A stretch of 64,000 nt of DNA from a virus (lineage: Duplodnaviria > Caudoviricetes), in IMG/VR virus record IMGVR_UViG_3300037453_000171, positions 35,881 through 99,880 of that record; one strand, 5' to 3'. The notes beneath the pieces are model-generated. The model had not been told where the DNA came from. It worked only from the letters and a program-made list of their open reading frames with translations, and did no database searches. The position numbers and the translations under genes were made by a program. Of the stretch, positions 58,817 to 64,000 are shown in pieces. Each line of letters starts with the position of its first letter. Position 1 is the stretch's first letter.

Positions 58817-59676
58817 GGCTCTTCAGCTTCTTCGTAGATGTTATATACTTTAGTGATATCCTTTACCGTAAGGGCGTCGAACTCATCTTGCGTCAACCAC
58901 ACCTCGTCATCCTTACGCTGATAATCCTCCAGGTCGACGGACATGCTCCCGGCTTGCACCCAAGAATAGGTACTACCGTCGTATTGCGTGAAATACCTGT
59001 CATATTCATCCGTTTCGTCATTATAGATAAGATATATCTTCTCCGCAGTATATTCACTTGCAGTAGGAAGGCTTTCCACGACGATCATCGTCGCATTGTT
59101 CACGCCGGGATTGCCCTGCATACCCTTCAATCCTGTAAATGCGAACGACAGGACACCATCTGTTATGTTAGTTACAACCCTGGGCGTCCCCTGCGTCCCG
59201 TCAATCGTAGCGAAGGCTTCGGTAACACCGGCACTGCCGTTCTTGACGTAAGCTTTCGATATCGTTCCATCAGCGAGAGTAAACGTAACCTCGTTCCATC
59301 CATCATCTTCGTGAGAAATGACGGTCTGATCTATCCCGATGACAGACGCACCATCCCTTCCTTGCGGACCTTCTGGACCAACAGGGCCGGGAGCACCGTC
59401 ATCTCCCTTCTCGCCCTTCATGTAATTCGCCACTGAAGTAATCGCGTCAAATGCTTCCTTGGCATTGACGAACGATTCAATCAGAAGCCCGAAAGAACAG
59501 TTGGCGGTCATTCCGAGATCACGAATCTGCATCAGCCGATATCCTTCGTGATTTCTACTGCCTCCGTTTTTCAGTATCTGGAATGCGGACTTATCGTCCT
59601 GCGCCGCCACCATAGCCAGACCAGCTTCACTTCCTACCGTAAACGAGATGACGTACAGATGATATCCTTGATTCAT
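58813..59676 (-). CDS. Collagen-repeat fibre protein
   Basis: GEKGDDGAPGPVGPEGPQGRDG; start MNQG at 59676 downstream of the promoter. Confidence 0.72.
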   Translation of the reverse strand: MNQGYHLYVISFTVGSEAGLAMVAAQDDKSAFQILKNGGSRNHEGYRLMQIRDLGMTANCSFGLLIESFVNAKEAFDAITSVANYMKGEKGDDGAPGPVGPEGPQGRDGASVIGIDQTVISHEDDGWNEVTFTLADGTISKAYVKNGSAGVTEAFATIDGTQGTPRVVTNITDGVLSFAFTGLKGMQGNPGVNNATMIVVESLPTASEYTAEKIYLIYNDETDEYDRYFTQYDGSTYSWVQAGSMSVDLEDYQRKDDEVWLTQDEFDALTVKDITKVYNIYEEAEEP

Positions 59677-59703
59677 AAAAATTTCCTTTTGTCTATGCTC
59701 CAA

Positions 59704-59711
59704 CAAACATA
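59704..59711 (-). promoter_or_regulatory. -7 promoter element TATGTTTG
   Basis: caaacata on the + strand. Confidence 0.5.
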
Positions 59712-59777
59712 AACAAAAGGAAAATCAGTTTTACAAAGACAAGTATTTCAGTTACAATAACGAAGGATTTGGGTTTA

Positions 59778-60170
59778 CTACATCCTGACTATCTTGATTG
59801 GTATCCCGTGACGGTATAGCATCAGCTTCTGTTTAAGCCGGAATTCCTTGGTCAACGGAGCAGTCTTACCCTTGACGTCAACTACCTCCTTCTCGCCTGT
59901 AGCGGTTATAACATACACGAAATCAGCATAGTAGTTAGTCGCTTTCTGAACACACCGTTTGACAGTCTTGTCTTTCGTCTTCAAGTGCTTCACTTCATCC
60001 ACGTAGACGGCTGGAATTATCTCATACGGGACCTGAAGCTGAAGATTGGATATGACCCCGCTTTCCTGAAGTTGCTTCAAGTATAGATAATAGTTCGCTT
60101 CCGATTTGGAATCAAATCGAATATCATCCACGTAGGTAATCTTATTTCCGAATTTTGATTTCATTTGCAT
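59778..60170 (-). CDS. DUF1064-family putative endonuclease
   Basis: SKFGNK...FDSKSEA...YYADFVY...VVDVKG. Confidence 0.85.
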   Translation of the reverse strand: MQMKSKFGNKITYVDDIRFDSKSEANYYLYLKQLQESGVISNLQLQVPYEIIPAVYVDEVKHLKTKDKTVKRCVQKATNYYADFVYVITATGEKEVVDVKGKTAPLTKEFRLKQKLMLYRHGIPIKIVRM

Positions 60171-60246
60171 GAAGTCGCAAGATTATCAAGAACGGCCAAC
60201 GCGGCAAGAGAGATAGCCATAGTCAGTCAGTTTTTATTTGTTGTGG

Positions 60247-60771
60247 TCAACCGAGTTCAGCGCCGTAACCACTTTCCCAATTACCCAACTCAAAGAACCC
60301 ATAATCATCATTGGCGGTCAGAAAAGTAATAGAACTAAGGGTGCCATTATAAAAGGCGTAGGTAGAGGGGATAAATAAATAGGAAACAGTACTATTCGAC
60401 TCGTTGATTGCACTCAATTTTATTGTTCTTCCTTGCGAAAAAGCGTCTCTTATATCCTGGATCGATGGCTGACCGACATTGGGCTTAAATTCAGGACTCT
60501 CGAGAGTATACCCAGCATTAGAAAATTTTCCTTCTATAATGAGTTCTTCCGGTTTGTTCTTAATATAATCAACCTTGGTGTTGTCGCTCTGCGCCCAGTC
60601 GGACTGAACCTGGGAGCCGCCACCGCTACCACTATCATCGGAGCTACCGCCACCAGAGATAGTCACCCATTCGCCATTCTGATACTTCTTCAAAGTGGCT
60701 CCATTCAACCACAGGTCATTTTCGTTCGGAGCACCCTGGCTCTCGACTATACGCTTCACATCAGTTTTCAT
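60247..60771 (-). CDS. Fibre-associated hypothetical protein
   Basis: QSDWAQSDNTKVDYIKNKP motif shared with the 62924 ORF. Confidence 0.6.
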   Translation of the reverse strand: MKTDVKRIVESQGAPNENDLWLNGATLKKYQNGEWVTISGGGSSDDSGSGGGSQVQSDWAQSDNTKVDYIKNKPEELIIEGKFSNAGYTLESPEFKPNVGQPSIQDIRDAFSQGRTIKLSAINESNSTVSYLFIPSTYAFYNGTLSSITFLTANDDYGFFELGNWESGYGAELG

Positions 60772-61223
60772 ATCAATGTTTTTATTAAGTTAATAATTGG
60801 TTTCCTGAATATCCACCCGAGGCATCCAACAAGTCCTGCAAGCAACCACCAGAATAATCCGATCTTCGCTTTCTGCATAGACGACAATTCCTTCTCCACT
60901 TCCTTCTCGACGGTCACAGTCGTGGTGTCATGGAACTCCTTGTATATGTACCTATCGTGCCACTTGTCCTTGTAGACATATCTGTCCTTGTACTTCTCGA
61001 CATAGACGGTATCTCCCTTGACGTACTCCTTCATCCAGATTGAATCCCGGAAGAAGATCGAATCCAACTGATGCACGGCAGTCGTGTCGTGCTGAATTAC
61101 AACCTTCTCGATCACCTTAGGCGAGAACAGGGAGCAGCCGGGAAGAAGAAGCAAAGAAGCAACAACAAAACTGATAAATACACTTATTCTTCCCGGTCTC
61201 CCTTTATTTCCGATATTACCCAT
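60768..61223 (-). CDS. Putative unimolecular spanin (lipoprotein with C-terminal TM)
   Basis: Lipobox LLPGC; DS/DT repeats; C-terminal TM GLFWWLLAGLVGCLGWIF; next to the endolysin. Confidence 0.65.
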   Translation of the reverse strand: MGNIGNKGRPGRISVFISFVVASLLLLPGCSLFSPKVIEKVVIQHDTTAVHQLDSIFFRDSIWMKEYVKGDTVYVEKYKDRYVYKDKWHDRYIYKEFHDTTTVTVEKEVEKELSSMQKAKIGLFWWLLAGLVGCLGWIFRKPIINLIKTLI

Positions 61224-61327
61224 CCTTCTAATCCGAAATTTTCGAGTGCGGCATACCAGGCAAACGCGTAACTGTCATACGGCCCGATGGTATATCCGCT
61301 CTCCGTTCTTACATAATATTCACTCAT
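61184..61327 (-). CDS. Small hypothetical protein (MSEYYVRTESG...)
   Basis: 47-aa ORF read manually; ATGA overlap with the amidase stop. Confidence 0.45.
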   Translation of the reverse strand: MSEYYVRTESGYTIGPYDSYAFAWYAALENFGLEGWVISEIKGDREE

Positions 61328-61911
61328 TTTGTTTTCAAGTAGTCCTTGATTCCGGCTACCGCAACCTCGGCACAGGTGGCTTTCGCCAGATCAGTTTTCA
61401 GATAATCACAGTCCTCGTGGTTGTCCATGAAGAAATTCTCGATCAACACGGCGGGACAGTAGGTATGGAGCAAGATGTACAGATCGCTTTCATAATCGTG
61501 CGCATACTTCTGGTTGGAATATGACCTGACGGTAAGCCGCTTGCCGAAAATATTATTCGCCTGATTCCAGATGCATTCCGCAAGTTTGTCGGCTTCGGTT
61601 ATACCCCTCGTGGTGAAGATGCTCCAGCCTCTTGCATTCAACCATCTTCTTCCATCTCCGGCGGCATTCACATGGACGGATACAAGGATAGTATTACGTT
61701 TATCGTATTGATTAGCCCTGCGACATCTCTCATTCAACGTAACGTCATATTCTTCAGGAACAAGCAACGATGCATCATATCCTTCAGCCTGAAGAATATC
61801 GCAGATCATACAAGCAACCTCGCGGTTCCATTTGTATTCCAACAATGAGCTGTCCGGACTTCTCTTGCCTGGAGTTTCCTTTCCATGGCCGTTATCTATC
61901 AATATCTTCAT
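61324..61911 (-). CDS. N-acetylmuramoyl-L-alanine amidase (Amidase_3) endolysin
   Basis: ILIDNGHG, LLEYKWN, VSVHVNA, PAVLIEN. Confidence 0.92.
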   Translation of the reverse strand: MKILIDNGHGKETPGKRSPDSSLLEYKWNREVACMICDILQAEGYDASLLVPEEYDVTLNERCRRANQYDKRNTILVSVHVNAAGDGRRWLNARGWSIFTTRGITEADKLAECIWNQANNIFGKRLTVRSYSNQKYAHDYESDLYILLHTYCPAVLIENFFMDNHEDCDYLKTDLAKATCAEVAVAGIKDYLKTK

Positions 61912-61932
61912 AACAAGCAATATCTTATCAGT

Positions 61933-62922
61933 TTAACTTGATGCTGGCATCTCCACCATCTGCGACGCATAGGTGGACCAGATGTTCGCAGTCTGGTATG
62001 CCGAGAGTTTCCCGTTCGGGACGTGGATGACGCAGGAGGGGTTGATTCCGGCGAATGCGTTCGCGTTCGCAACCGTGGGAGGTGATGCAGGATATACCCA
62101 TAAATCCAACAAAGAGTAGGTGTTTTGGAAAGTTGCGGCTGCAATATCTGTTACATTCGACGGAATTGTAAAGTCTGTCAAAGAATAACAGGTACGAATA
62201 TTAGAGTTTAATGTTGTCCCCCAATCTGGTTTCATTCCACCTAAATCTTGAAGCGAATAACAACCATAGAAAAAATTGTTTCCGGCAGATGTTAGTTTAG
62301 TGGCATCCTCAAACTCTAAATAAGTTAATGAATAGCAGTTATAAAAGACGTTCGTTGAAGCGGTTGTTATGTTTTTCGGTATATAAACTCTCTGCAACCC
62401 TAAACAAGCATAGAACGAATAACTGCGAATTGTATCCATTATACTTGAGCCAAGTTCTGCCTGATATAATGCGGCTATGCGATAATATGCATTATTGCTT
62501 CTTGCTCCCATCACCGTCCAGTTTGTTCCTCCACCTCCAAGAGTAAATGTCCCGCTTGTTGGATGCAAATCTATTCTATATCTTCCCGTGTTTGTATAGG
62601 TATGCGTGAATGTGGTGTCAGATGTCGCATTTGCTGTCTCTATTGTAGTTCCATCCCCCCAATCAATCGTGCCTATCATTCGGATGCGGATTTGTTGCGC
62701 CAACTGATAGTCGTTGACGATGTTCACCCAGAGGTGCGTGTCACCGTCCTTCAACCAATCGTCGAATTCAACAGCAGAGCCGCCCCCAGAAATCTGACCG
62801 ATGAGGGTGGCATAATCGTCGTACCCACTCCCGGAAGGAACAGTCACGCCCTTCGCGGCGATGGCGGATGCAATCGCGGTTGAATCGCTTTGAAGGCGGC
62901 TAATCTCACTGGCTATTGACAT
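61933..62922 (-). CDS. PKD-like + BspA-type LRR receptor-binding/decoration protein
   Basis: IDWGDG...THTY; FYACLGLQRVYIP, FYNCYSL repeats; IHVPNGKLSAYQTANIWS cap. Confidence 0.75.
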   Translation of the reverse strand: MSIASEISRLQSDSTAIASAIAAKGVTVPSGSGYDDYATLIGQISGGGSAVEFDDWLKDGDTHLWVNIVNDYQLAQQIRIRMIGTIDWGDGTTIETANATSDTTFTHTYTNTGRYRIDLHPTSGTFTLGGGGTNWTVMGARSNNAYYRIAALYQAELGSSIMDTIRSYSFYACLGLQRVYIPKNITTASTNVFYNCYSLTYLEFEDATKLTSAGNNFFYGCYSLQDLGGMKPDWGTTLNSNIRTCYSLTDFTIPSNVTDIAAATFQNTYSLLDLWVYPASPPTVANANAFAGINPSCVIHVPNGKLSAYQTANIWSTYASQMVEMPASS

Positions 62923-62923
62923 A

Positions 62924-64000
62924 CTACAATGCGGCTAAAAGGGTTTCAATGTCTCCGACAATATCATAGAGGCACTTGGCGGTGGGTATCTCGTTGTCCG
63001 TGGACGAGGAGGAAACCGAAGTGACCTTGATGGACGAAAGGAGTAGAGTCTTGGAAGTGTTATCCACGGTAAGCGGAACGGTGTTGTTACTCTCGGTTCC
63101 CCAGGTGACCGTGCTTCCCCCTCCGCTTGACGCCGTAGCCGCAGCCCAGTCGCCGGAAACAACGGTGAGAACTTTACCATTGTCAGAGGAGGTTACAGAA
63201 GGAAGACCAGCAGGGATCGTTGGCTTGTTCTTGATATAATCGATAGCAGAAGAATCCGACTGATTCCAATCCGGCTGGTTCTGCGTCATGCGATATTCAA
63301 TGTCTCGTTTAAGTGACGAAGCAGAAACCGTTCTTGCCGTAGTCGCTGTGCCGGTTTGCGCCTCTGAACTTCCAATGACACTATATGTCGTATCAGTATT
63401 CTTATCTTGTTCAGAAGTGATTAGCACCCAATATGTTCCATCATACGTGAACAGATAAGTACAGTTCGCGTAAAGCGTAGAAGAGGAGTAAAGATAAGAT
63501 GGATTAGTACTATTTCCGGGACTATATCTTCTTATGTCTTTGTTGCCGGTAGAATTAACATTTAGTTTTATATCTTCCTCGTCTGCTGTATTCGTATTAT
63601 CAAAAGTAACAAAAATCAAAGCCCCTTTCACAAGATCGGCACTTGTAAAATCCGAACAGGTAACAGTCTTGACATATGTGCTGGAACCTACAGAACAAGT
63701 TCCATAAAATAATCTGGCATTTCCTTTTGATACTGCAGACCATGCGCCACTTGATACCTGCAATACCTTTCCGTTATCAGAGGACGTTACTGACGGGAGC
63801 AGAGAACTGGATGATGGAATCTGGTCAGTAGTGGCAAGAGTATAATCTTCAGTTCCGTCAGCATTATTTGAGCCGAGCGCATATACTGCACCATCATCGC
63901 CTGCTATTCTTACTATGCCATCGCCGTTTTCACATTGAACATCTCCAGAACTATTTACATATAACACATCTGATGGAATAGCAGAAGCAAGAGCGTACGT
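62924..64000 (-). CDS. Tail fibre-like protein, 5'-truncated by the window edge
   Basis: Frame open to 64000; duplicated LPSVTSSDNGKVL; TYDGTYW; IPTAKCLYD. Confidence 0.7.
   Translation of the reverse strand, partial: TYALASAIPSDVLYVNSSGDVQCENGDGIVRIAGDDGAVYALGSNNADGTEDYTLATTDQIPSSSSLLPSVTSSDNGKVLQVSSGAWSAVSKGNARLFYGTCSVGSSTYVKTVTCSDFTSADLVKGALIFVTFDNTNTADEEDIKLNVNSTGNKDIRRYSPGNSTNPSYLYSSSTLYANCTYLFTYDGTYWVLITSEQDKNTDTTYSVIGSSEAQTGTATTARTVSASSLKRDIEYRMTQNQPDWNQSDSSAIDYIKNKPTIPAGLPSVTSSDNGKVLTVVSGDWAAATASSGGGSTVTWGTESNNTVPLTVDNTSKTLLLSSIKVTSVSSSSTDNEIPTAKCLYDIVGDIETLLAAL

Noticed and set aside
13530-64000. Stop-codon reassignment as in some crAss-like phages
   Set aside because: Very long late ORFs are intact in the standard code, and TAG and TGA both end tightly packed genes
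52512-64000. Diversity-generating retroelement or invertible shufflon acting on the fibre genes
   Set aside because: No reverse transcriptase, no TR/VR pair and no inverted cassettes seen in the window

Overview
The window is part of a crAss-like (Crassvirales-type) Bacteroidota phage genome in the standard genetic code. The left arm (1-13.4 kb, mostly + strand) carries a vWA/metallopeptidase gene, a MoxR AAA+ ATPase interrupted by a 273-nt group I intron, a PD-(D/E)XK nuclease, a retropepsin, small modular genes and dUTPase. It also carries a Bacteroidota-type tyrosine integrase next to an apparently intact attP: the 3' half of tRNA-Ala(UGC), flanked by paired arm-type repeats. This points to a temperate crAss-like phage. 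The right arm (13.5-64 kb, - strand) is the virion module: a ~3650-aa virion RNA polymerase (DFDGD), cargo/ejection proteins, muzzle, ring and hub proteins, an IHF-like protein, a two-gene glycosyltransferase insert, auxiliary and major capsid proteins, a scaffold, a 2034-aa LamG/CotH-kinase-like/LRR protein, lysis genes and fibre proteins. Portal, terminase, DNA polymerase and a repressor were not seen in the window. All family calls come from motif recognition and gene order, not database searches.
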